Part shown: piece after piece, positions 27,301 through 39,300 of the stretch
How the letters are laid out: each line of letters begins with the position of its first letter
Position numbering within the stretch: the first letter of the stretch is position 1
Notes under the pieces: generated by a model
Seen by the model: only the letters and a program-made list of their open reading frames with translations
Databases searched by the model: none
What the model was told of the DNA's origin: nothing
From: Carcharhinus longimanus
Taxonomy: Eukaryota
Assembly: GCA_030264375.1 (NCBI GenBank)
Contig: JASCQW010000190.1
Coordinates: 47,861,503 to 47,925,183 of the forward strand
Length of the DNA stretch: 63,681 nt
Reading direction: 5' to 3'
Position numbers and translations under genes: made by a program

Positions 27301-30300
27301 ACAGAGCATTGGTGAAGCAATGCTTCCGGTTCCTGAACCTCTAGTACACATTGGAGCAGGTGCTCAAGTTCATGGTGTCCTGTTGCAAGCTTCATATCAT
27401 CACTATCACAAGACACAGACAATTGGCACCAGGATACCTCAGGAAGAGGAGGATATTTCCTGAATGGTGTCCACTCAGAGTTTGGTTCTCATAGGACAAC
27501 CTCTCTTTTTCAACATGGACCCCGCATTCTCTACATAGAGACGCCCCATCACAGCTTCTAATTGGCTACCATACTTTAACAGTAACAAAAATCTTTCATT
27601 AACACTTTAATCGAACAACACATCCAATTATAATTTATTATAACACTAGAAATTGATATTCAAAAAGATAGATGTTTGATGGCTGGGGCAGACACAATGG
27701 GTCAAAGGCCTCTTTTTGTGATGTATAACCTTGGCCTTAATGTTATTTATAAAGTGCTGTTTGCTGGATCTTGCAGAATAGCTGTTGTATTCACACACAA
27801 CAGTTAATGCACTTTACTGTGAAGTGGCACATTACAGTTTGGAGACAGATGTGACAAGATATTATAAAAAATCTCTTTAAAATACTGGCAATTTGAAGAA
27901 TAGCAGAATTACCTGTATTTCCCACAGAACTTGATTAGTCCTTTTCCGTTCTTCCCCAAACTAAAACAGAATTGAAAAGAGGGATGAAACTTCTCAAACA
28001 TCAAAATGAAAGCAATTATAAAGTTTATTATTTCAAATCTTTCCTCCTCCAAGTTACAGCCTTCCTGACATGGACATGTCACCACTGTCTCCTTGTCATT
28101 GAGCCAAAATCCCTAGAACCCTCTATCTTCTGGGACTTTCTACCTAACGGCACTACAAATTGCAAAAGTACCAAACTACAAAAGGTTGCGAACGAAGCCC
28201 AGTCCATCACACAAACCAACCTCCAATCCACTGATTCCATCGACACTTGCCATTATCTCAGAAAAGCAGCCAGCATAATCAAGGACTCTATTGCACCCCG
28301 GACATACTCTTTTTCATCTTCTTCCATAGGGAAAAAGATACAAAAGTCTGAGAACACATACCAACCGACTCAGGAACAGCTTCTTCCCTGCTGACATCTG
28401 AATGGACCTATCACCTGATCTTTCTCTTCTCCCTATCTGTAACTGCAACTGTACATTCTGCGCTCTCCTTTCTTTCTCTCCTATGTACTCTATGAACGGT
28501 ATATTTTTGTCTGTATAGCACGCAAGAAACAATACTTTTCACTGTACCCCAATATATGGGGCATAGATAAGGTAGATAGCCAACATCTTTTCCCAAAGGT
28601 AGGGGAATCTAAAACTAGAGGATATAGGTTTAAGGTGAGAGGAGAGAGATATAAAAGGGTCTAGTGGGGTAATTTTTTCACTCAGAGGGTGGTGTCTGGA
28701 ACAAGCTGCTAGAGGTAGTAGTAGAGGCAGGTATAGTTTTGTCTTTTAAAAAACATTTAGATAGTTACATGGGTAAGATGGGTATAAAGGGATATGGGCC
28801 AAATGCAGGCAGTTAGGACTAGCTTAGCGATAAAAACTGGGCGGCATGGACAAGTTGGGCTGAAGGGCCTGTTTCGATGCTGTAAACCTCTATGACTATG
28901 CAACAATAATATATCAAATCAAATCACCCCACACACTGTAGGCATGCAAGACTTGCTATCCACCTTCTCCAGAACAACTAGGAATTACCAGTAAATAAAT
29001 TTAAAAGAAAATGGCTGATTATGACTAACAAAAATAGAAAATGCTGGAAAATCTCAATATTGTGGAGAGAGAACAGAGCCAACATTTCAAGTCTAGAAGA
29101 CCCTTTGTCTGAGTGTGAGAGCTAAGTGTGACTGTACATTGCTTGTGGTCTAGGCATTCTGTGCTTTGAAGAGGCAGTGTTGTCAGTACTCCAACAGCAC
29201 CATTTAGGCAAGGAGGTGATGAAATCTTTAATGAGCAAAGAGATTTTATTTGTGCCCAGAAGTGCTTCCGCTGATTTAGGGATGCAACTAACTTGGGGAC
29301 TTCACTGCAGCTGCTCAGAGGCATAAACTGGCCCAGTATTAACATAATCATTCACCTTTATCTAAATCTCTGAAATAGCACCATGCTCCCTGTGTGTACA
29401 GTAGCAAACTATGTTTCATCATCTAGATATTAAAGGTTGAAACCTGCTTTTGAGTTGCTTCCCCATCCCCTGCTCTTTATGTGAAAATGATCCCCTGCGA
29501 CCTCTGTGTATTGTGTGGACATGATGGTAAATGCCACCTGGTCTGATGACAAAACAAAGGGAGTGTTCTGTATATTAAACAGCATCTGAAGCTGCCCAAA
29601 AATGAAATTACATTTAACTTAGCAAAAAAAAAGACCTTTGATTCAAATGCTGAGAATACTGTTTAGTGTTTTCCCCAATCAGCCAGCGTAACTTTGACAG
29701 GAAATCAACAGAAAGTTAAGTGCATCTGTCTGCTTACCTTCCACCAGCATTCCAGTCGTCAATCAGGAGAAACCCTTCCCAACCCTGACACTTTCCCCTC
29801 TTACTGCCACTGCCCTCCCCAGGACATTTTTGGCCTTAACATTAACAAAACACTTATTTACAACTTCAGCGATCCTGAAGGAAAATCACACGGTTATATT
29901 TCACACAGGTAAAAAAACCTATTGAGACAATTCATTTGACACTTTGATTTCCCATCATGCTTTGAGAGTTGATGGTGCACATCATGGCGGAGCAGGGAGC
30001 ACTCTGATGATGTCATTCATAAAATCAAAAAGTGCATACTTGTGAACGGGAGCAGGGATTCTATGTGAGGAAGAAGACTGCAATTTGTATTGAACATCAG
30101 GTAACAACTTTTTACTTCTCATTTTGGGGGCGATCTTACCATTGCACCCCACCAGCCGACGGGCAAAGCAAGCCAGTAAGATCGCGCGAGAGCTGAGAAA
30201 TCAGGTTCGTGCCCGATTTCTCGTCTCCTGCAATTTTACCGGCACCGGATATCCGACGAAGTCAGCCTCGCACCCATCTCTGACACGAGGCTGAATAAAT

Positions 30301-33300
30301 TATTTAAATCAAATTTAAATATGTTTTGCATGAGTTAAGTGAGCCTGGGATAGATCGTCCGAAGAGTGTCTGGCAAGAATCACAGTTGGTCCCAAGCAAT
30401 GTGGGCTAGACATGGTTGCCTCGCCATCGGAGGTCAACTGGAGGCCATTGAGGCCCCCCAGAGATTGGAGCCAAGGGGGATGTTGCCCCTTGGGCAGTGC
30501 CAAGGGGGCAGGACCAGGCCAGTGACGGCCTTTTTGTGGGGGGGAGGAGGACCGCTGCGCACTCTGCACAGTAATCAGTGGGGGAGAAAGAGGGTGCNNN
30601 NNNNNNNNNNNNNNNNNNNNNNNNNNNNNNNNNNNNNNNNNNNNNNNNNNNNNNNNNNNNNNNNNNNNNNNNNNNNNNNNNNNNNNNNNNNNNNNNNAGG
30701 GTGCAATTGGAGCTGGCCATAGGGGGAGGGGGGGCATAATGGCCATTGGTGAAGGGAGAGAGGGAGGCCTGCACCATTCTGCATTGCAATTGGTAGGGGG
30801 AGGGAGGGGAATCGATTGGGGCAGGATGGGGCGGTGAGGGTAGATCGGTCTGGGCAGGTGGGGTGGAGTCATGGAGCTGGATCAGTTCGAGCAGATGGGA
30901 AGGCACATGGGGGTAGATTGGTTTGGGTGGGTGGAGGGGGTGGGGTCATGGGAGTAGATCAGTCTGGGTAGGTGGAGTGTTGCAATAGGCCACACGTTCC
31001 TGAAGGAACTGGTTAGGGCTGCCTGCTTGAGGCCATGGAGACTGGCTGAGAGCAGCAGAGGCTGAGTGAAAGGTCCCTCTGTTCTCACTGCAGCGGGACC
31101 CGCGCATGCGCAATTGCAACCTCTGCTGCTCTCAGCCAGTGTTTGGGTGATTTAAGTCCTGCCCACTCCCCCTACAGATGAGAAGCAGTTTTTGAGGTTT
31201 TTCTTTGGTGTAAGTGCATAAGATCGCAGATTTGGACTTGCCCAAAGAAAAAGGATCAAAAACTGTTCTGTTTTCACACTTATCCTAGATTTTGAATTTT
31301 TTTTCTCTTGGTCCTGGACTGCTGGCATGCTCTGATTGAGAATGGAATTAAATGGTTAAGTACAGAGTAAAGGTTGTGCAAAACAAGAGGTTTCGACATC
31401 CTTGATCATGGAATGAGCATCGGAAAAATGGTGATGGTTTCCTCAGTGGGTTAAATGGGTGAAGTGGAGTCCACGGTAGAGCAGATTATACACGGGCTAT
31501 GGAAGGACTGGGGCAAATGGCTTTCACTCTACTAGTGTATTTTTTAATTTTCTTAATGGCTTTAGGCTTTCTTGGGAGTTCCCTTTTGTGATCTTACTCC
31601 TATAGGCAATTTTAGCTTAATGATTGGACAACGGGATCAGCATCCTATCTCAGCACTAGCTTTAAAGTTGGAAAATACAGATTTATTTTCTTGTGTGAAC
31701 TGTAATTAGATGAGTAACTCTCTCAACCTCCTGAACATTTCCAGCTTACCTTACTGCCACCTCAGTTATTTCTCGGACCCTTTTCAGACATCCAGCCAAA
31801 CAGAGGACTCCAGCCAATGAGATGAGATTATTGCTGACACTGTGGTGAAGATAGAAAGTTACTTTGAACGTCTGTGTGCATGGCTTGTTGTGGAGACAGT
31901 TGCCAAGGTTATCGTTTTAACCCAGCTATACTACTAAAAAATCTCTCCAGACATATTTTAATAGTGTTTTAAAAACTGACATTCAATTCCCCCCAAGTAA
32001 GTCAAAATCTTGAATTTATGCCAAATCATAGTTGCCAAGTGGCAACACCATCTTTTTCCATTCTCCTCCCTTCATTTAATCGCAGGCCTCACTGTGGTCT
32101 GCAATGGTTGCTGCCATTTGTTTCACAGCCACTATCTGGTGGTAATAACAGCTTCCCTTGGGCATCAATCATTCGTAGGCCTTGCAATGCAGGTTTGAAG
32201 CTTCTCTCAGAGAGTGTGCTCTCTAATTAAAGATTTAATCTCACAACATTCAGGGATTGTAGGGAAGATCATTGGAGCCATGCAACACTTGATTGGCACA
32301 GGCGGTACGGTGGCACCGTGATTAGCACTGCTGCTCATAGCACTAGGGACCCGGGTTCAATTCCAACCTTGGGTCACTGTCTGTGTGGAGTTTGCATGTT
32401 CTCGTTGTGTCTGTGTGGGTTTCCTGCGGGTGCTCCAGTTTCCTCCCACAATCCAAAGACGTGTGGGTTAGGTTGATTGGCCATGCTAAATTGCCCCTTA
32501 GTGTCAGGGGGTTAGCAGGGTAAATATGTGCGGTTACAGGAATAGGTTCTGGATGGGATTGCGGTTGGTGCAGACTCAATGGGACAAATGGCCTCCTTCT
32601 GCACTATAGAGTTTCTATGAACAGTCAGACATTATGCTTATTTGGCCATTGTCATTCTTCTTCTTGCTACTCAGCTCAAAAGGAAAGCTGGCTGAAGGGA
32701 AATCATCAAATGAGTATGGCAAGGGTGAATCATTCTCACATCCTGGGTTCAATCTACCACTCAGCATTACATGCTGGGCTTCCAAGTTACCTCAATTTGC
32801 TATCATAGTAAATGAAGATAATGGGTGGGATTCTCCGGGCCACCCACCATGGAGAGAGGCAGCCTGCTATTGGCCGGTGGCAAAATCTTCTAGCCCTGCC
32901 GTTATCAATGGGATTTCCCATTGATTCCATCCCCTGCTGCTGGAAAATCTGCAGCGCTAGTGCGCCGATGGTGGAACTGGAAGATCCTGCCGACGGGAAG
33001 GGCAGGGAAATCCAGTCCTTCGTCTGTGCTACAAAATAATATGCAGATAGATTTTAACCTTGATAAACCACTGCTAACAGGAGGAGTTTAGTTCAAAAGC
33101 CTCATCATTGCAGCAGTTTAGCAACCCACAAACTGATTTGTAGTATCCTTGATATTTCCCCTCCAGAGCTCTGATGGGATAGGAAGGGATCCTTAAAGTG
33201 TNNNNNNNNNNNNNNNNNNNNNNNNNNNNNNNNNNNNNNNNNNNNNNNNNNNNNNNNNNNNNNNNNNNNNNNNNNNNNNNCTACCCTTAACAGTTACATC

Positions 33301-36300
33301 TGTGCCCACAAATTCATAATACGTCGGATTTTAACTGGTTTGCTCCACTTAAATTATAAAATGTCACCCAGAAAGCTGAATAAAATGTCAGAGTGTAAGT
33401 AGACTTTGTCCTACATGGACATTAATTGGGTTTTCACATGAACTTACTTTATTAGTTTGGAAACACGCAGCTTTGGTAGGAGCTCAACTAACTTTTCAAT
33501 TCCGCTATCTCCAAGGGAGTTATTCGATAAACTGTGAAGAGAAAGGAGTTGTCAGTGCAGAATTATAGAATCTTAGAATTGAACTGCACTGAAGGAGGTC
33601 ATTTGACCAGAATCTGGGCTGGCTCTCCCAAAGAGAAATCCAATTAATCTCTTTCCCAAGTTTTTTCCACTTAACTGTAGTGTAGCGTGGTAAAGTTCTA
33701 ACTCCAGCTAGTGAGCTAGTAAAAGTTTATTAACAGAATAACTGTACATGTTATACAGCAAGGAGAAAGGTTTTTAACTTTACAGGCCCAAAGTTCTGAC
33801 AGCTGGAACAGCAAGTCTGAGTGAATCCCGATTGGATGAGCAGGTCACATGACCATTTCAGGGCCATGTCCCTTAAAGGGTTACAACACCACACTATCCA
33901 TGCAAAATATCTTCCCAAGTATTTATCCAATTCCCTTTTTCAAAGTTATTATGGAATCTCTATCCATAAGCCTAACAGCCAAAGCATTCCAAATACTCAG
34001 TCTAAAACTATTTTCATCATCTCATCTCCACTGCTTTCGCCCATCAAATTAAATCAACATCCTCTTGTTATCAACTCTTTAGCCATCGTAAGTGGTTTCT
34101 CTTTACTTATTTTATCTAGATGCTTCATGATTGTAAACGCATCTATCAAATATCATCTTAACCATCTCTGCCCTAAGAAAAACAAACCAGCTTCCCGAAT
34201 TTATCCCTGTAACTGGAATTCCTCACACCTGAGACTTACTCTAGTGAGTGTAGTAAGCCTAGTAATCATTGGAGCCATTCAATACTTGATTGGCACAGGC
34301 GGTGCAGTGGCACAGTGGTTAGCACTGCTGCCTCACAGCACCAGGGACCTGGGTTCAATTCCAGCCTCGGGTCACTGTCCGCTTGGAATTTACACATTCT
34401 CCTTGTGTCTGCATGTGTTTTCTCCAGGTGCACCGGTTCCCTCCCACAATCCAAAGATGTGTGGGTTAGGTTGATTGGCCATGCTAATTTGCCCCCATAC
34501 ATATATGGGGTTACAGGAATAGGGCCTGGGTGGGATTGTGGTCTGTGCAGACCTGATGGGACAAATGGCCTCTTCTGCACTGTAGGGATTCTATGAACAG
34601 TCTGAGTACTAAGAGTAAGAGACTTATTCTAGTAAGTCTAGTAAGATTTACTCTAGTAAGTCTCTCCTCTACTCTCTCCAAAACATGTGCATCCTTCCAT
34701 CAGCGTGCTGCCTAGAATTAGAGCCATTTCTCCAGCAGGGGCTAAAACAATTGTTTTATATAGGTTTAGATAACTTCCTGGCTATTGGATTGAATTCTTC
34801 TGTTTATATAGGGTCTTTTAAGAGACGTTTGGATAAGTACATGGGACTTAGTAAGATAGAGGGCTATAGGTAAGCCTAGTAGGTAGGGACATGTTTGGCG
34901 CAACTTGTGGGCTGAAGGGCCTGTTCGTGCTGTAATTTTTCTATGTTTTATAAAGCTCAGGACTCCATATGCTTAATTACCTGTGCTTTGGATATCTGTC
35001 CTTTCACCTTCAAGGTTTTGTGCACCACGTCCCCAGCTCTCTCTGTTCTTGCATCCCCTTTAAAACTGCACCATTTAGCATGTATTGACGCTCATTATTC
35101 CTACCAATATATAACTCCACTATATACGCCATTCCAGCTGAAAAACAGCCATTCAGCCCCTTGGGGAAATAGTGGTGGTAATGTCACTGGACCAGAAGTC
35201 CAGGCTAATGCTCGACGGGACATGGGTTCAAATCTGACCACAGCAGCTGGTGGAATTTAAAATCAACGAATAAATCTGGAATTGGAAATTAATTAAATTA
35301 ATGTTGTGAAAAACCCATCTGGCTCACTAATACCCCTTTGGAGAAGGAAATCTCCCACCCTTACACAGCAATGTGGTTCACTCTTAACTGTTCTCTGAGG
35401 TAGCCACTCAGTTTAAGGGCAATCGTGTCAACATTTCAAGAGATGGTGCGCATCTTGTGAAGGGAGATAGGAAGAGTTTATTTGGTGTCTCTGGCTGATG
35501 ACCACCACCGTGGAAGGATTGACCAAAACTTCATGAAGAATCAAATGTGGCAGGGCACCAAATGTACGCTGATCCTGACCAATGGCCTGCAGACAATCTG
35601 CTTGGAGCAAAGCCTCACCTTAGTGGCTCAATGTCTCATTGACATGTGGCCAAGGGCCCACCAAGTTTGAGGGGCGAAGGTGAGTCCTGAGAGCGAAATA
35701 GAGAAAGGGTACATATAGATGCTGTTACTGTGGCAAAGCTTCACCAAGATTATGGGTTCCATTTTAACCCAGAGCAAACTCAGAGTTCATAAAAACACTA
35801 AACAGCAGCCTCTTTGGTCAGCATCTTAAACTAACAATTTTTTAAAAATTGTAATTTCTAAACTTTGAAGACATCTGATGAGTTGCTGTGATATCAAAGC
35901 TTTTACTGCAACTTAAAGCAATAGGAGCAATATTACTAAATAGTTTCTAACACTGTATCTGCACATGGAGCAGTAAAGACAAAAGAAGTGAGCTTTCTCT
36001 GAGGACAGAAACATTGCCTGGGTGGATAAAACTCTTTGCCATCACTTACTTAAGTTCTGCAAGATCACTGCAGTTTTCCAGGGTAGAGGCCAGCTCTTCC
36101 AAATGCTTCACTTGAAAATAGCAGTTAGTCAGGCTGCAATGAGTTTGTAAAAAAAAGATTATTTCAGTCGTTCTCCAGAGGAAGTACAATCATCAACCAA
36201 TAAACATACCGTACGCCTGAGAATCTCACTCCCAGATCTCTTACACAGGAACATTTCCCCAGGGCTCAGACACTGGTGGGAGGAACTACAAACGATGCAC

Positions 36301-39300
36301 AATTGTTTGGGTTTGTGATGGGAATGCTGTCAATATACAGATCTGTTCTTATTCATGAGATTGAGTTACCTCATGTTATCTTTAAATCTACACTGGGCCG
36401 TCCAGGTTTCATTGATGGAAAGTTCTATGAACCTAGTTTAAGTTTTGACAGTGCAGTTGAGATTTTCTGGCCTCACTTGCCCCAAGGCTGGAAAATCCCT
36501 CCCTAGGTCAATGGACCTTTGCATGATCCATGTTTCGCATTATATGATTCCCATGGTGAGTGGGATGGGTAAATTCCACCCCATGTCCACTAAAAAGTCC
36601 ATTGGGAATGTGCAACCAAAAAGGTACATTTTGTTTGTTATGTTACCTGGACTGTATATTTTATGTATATTCATGATAAAACATGAAGGGCCCTCCAGCC
36701 CCACCCATGGTGTTTACCAGCAGCATTGGTGGTTAATCACTGGCCACTGAATCTTCCAGTCCCGCCAATGTTTACGGTATTTTGTGTGGCTCGCCTTTCC
36801 TGCTGCCAGGGAACACACCATGGGGGTGGGGCAGGTTTGTCTTTGACTGGAAGATCCCGCCTGTAGGAAGAGCCAGAAGGTTATGTCCAAAGGTTTCCTG
36901 TGTCATTCTCGTGCTTTTAGGGGTGATGGCACTGGCTTTGGACCCAGTCACAGGAAGCCCTGAGTGTAATGCTTCTTTGTCCATATTAAAACAGTAATTA
37001 TCACATTTCAATGTCATCAAATCAAGTGTTTTGGAGGAACCCTGAAGATACAAGAAAGGTTCTTCCTTCGGACACTTATCAAGACAGTGCAGTAGATACT
37101 TTTGCTGGTTCTTTAAGCGGTTTTACCTTAGTTTTTTCAAAGGTGCAGGTACGATCCTTGAATCCCCAGTGCTACTCAATCTAAAATCCACCGGTGGGGT
37201 CTTCCGTTCATCTCTGTTANNNNNNNNNNNNNNNNNNNNNNNNNNNNNNNNNNNNNNNNNNNNNNNNNNNNNNNNNNNNNNNNNNNNNNNNNNNNNNNNN
37301 NNNNNNNNNNNNNNNNNNNNNNNNNNNNNNNNNNNNNNNNNNNNNNNNNNNNNNNNNNNNNNNNNNNNNNNNNNNNNNNNNNNNNNNNNNNNNNNNNNNN
37401 NNNNNNNNNNNNNNNNNNNNNNNNNNNNNNNNNNNNNNNNNNNNNNNNNNNNNNNNNNNNNNNNNNNNNNNNNNNNNNNNNNNNNNNNNNNNNNNNNNNN
37501 NNNNNNNNNNNNNNNNNNNNNNNNNNNNNNNNNNNNNNNNNNNNNNNNNNNNNNNNNNNNNNNNNNNNNNNNNNNNNNNNNNNNNNNNNNNNNNNNNNNN
37601 NNNNNNNNNNNNNNNNNNNNNNNNNNNNNNNNNNNNNNNNNNNNNNNNNNNNNNNNNNNNNNNNNNNNNNNNNNNNNNNNNNNNNNNNNNNNNNNNNNNN
37701 NNNNNNNNNNNNNNNNNNNNNNNNNNNNNNNNNNNNNNNNNNNNNNNNNNNNNNNNNNNNNNNNNNNNNNNNNNNNNNNNNNNNNNNNNNNNNNNNNNNN
37801 NNNNNNNNNNNNNNNNNNNNNNNNNNNNNNNNNNNNNNNNNNNNNNNNNNNNNNNNNNNNNNNNNNNNNNNNNNNNNNNNNNNNNNNNNNNNNNNNNNNN
37901 NNNNNNNNNNNNNNNNNNNNNNNNNNNNNNNNNNNNNNNNNNNNNNNNNNNNNNNNNNNNNNNNNNNNNNNNNNNNNNNNNNNNNNNNNNNNNNNNNNNN
38001 NNNNNNNNNNNNNNNNNNNNNNNNNNNNNNNNNNNNNNNNNNNNNNNNNNNNNNNNNNNNNNNNNNNNNNNNNNNNNNNNNNNNNNNNNNNNNNNNNNNN
38101 NNNNNNNNNATAGTTTAGGTTAGAGGGTCATTAGATTGGTTCCACTGGTCGGCGCAACATCGAGGGCTGAAGGGCCTGTACTGCACAGTAGTGTTCTATG
38201 TTCTATGAATTCAAATGTTGTGTTGGCTGAGTGACATCCAGCATATTTGAAGAAGGTTCACTTTAATGGACTGGACTGAAATTAGGCCAAGTGACAAGAA
38301 ACCGTTGCACTAAAATTGTGTAAAAATTAAACAGCAATATATATTTATTTGGAACAAATGCTTGAATCAGCCAATCTTGAGCTTTTCATGGACAGATGGT
38401 CAGAATCATGGGATTTGAACCCCAAATATCCGAAAATGCCAAGGAAACTCCATCCGCTAAAAACAAAACATGATTCAATCACACCAGTCCCAATTTTAAA
38501 CAGTCACAACGTGAATCCCAAAAGACCAGCAACAGTCTCTGAATCCCATATGATCAAATCGATATTTACATCAACAATCTTGATCATTGTGGCTAAGGAA
38601 AAAGATTGGAAATTGAAATTCTGGAATTATATCAAAGTGTATAAAGAAGTTGTAGTTAAAATGACTGTTTTCTGTGTCGAGTTTCTCACCTCACTTCAAT
38701 GTCTTCTTGCTGTTCTGCAAATTTAAGTAGCATGGTCTGGTGATGTTTCAGGCTGTAGAAAGAAAATTGCAAACACAGAATTGAGCTTAAATGCAGGTAT
38801 GCAAATAGGTCATCTTCTGTCAGCAAGGTATATGGAACTAGTTACTGCCTTTAGAACCCATTAATGATCTGTTTACCAAACTAATTCTTGGTGCAACCCC
38901 CTACGTAATGCATCAGATTCCATTTGACCCTGGGGCAAAGATTTGGAGGTACAGGGTTATTGAGTTGGGGGAGAGAGTTGTGGAGGCTTCAATTCTTGAA
39001 TGTGCCTCATCTCCTCCTCCTTTACCTCCATCTCCCCTTTTTCACCTTCCCATCCCTCCCTCCTTCACTCCCCAACTCCCTCATGGCGTGAGTTGGTGAA
39101 AAGGCAGGGCTTCATTAAAGAAAAATGAACATCTACCTATATTCACAATTTTTTGTACTGGCTGCAATTAGGCCTCAGAGGGCAGTCCATTAGGCCATAC
39201 CCATCAACAAAAAAAAAACGCAAGTTTTTACAGTGAGGTTAGCACTGCTGCCTCACAGAGCCAGGGATCTGGGTTCAATTCTGGCCTTGGGTCACAGTCT

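Noticed and set aside
33821-34474. 217-aa plus-strand ORF
   Set aside because: Chance read-through across an LTR end, an antisense CR1 fragment and a SINE.
37169-38123. ORFs of about 310 aa
   Set aside because: Composed almost entirely of N gap; the same applies to the 41940-42497 ORFs apart from the CR1 piece.
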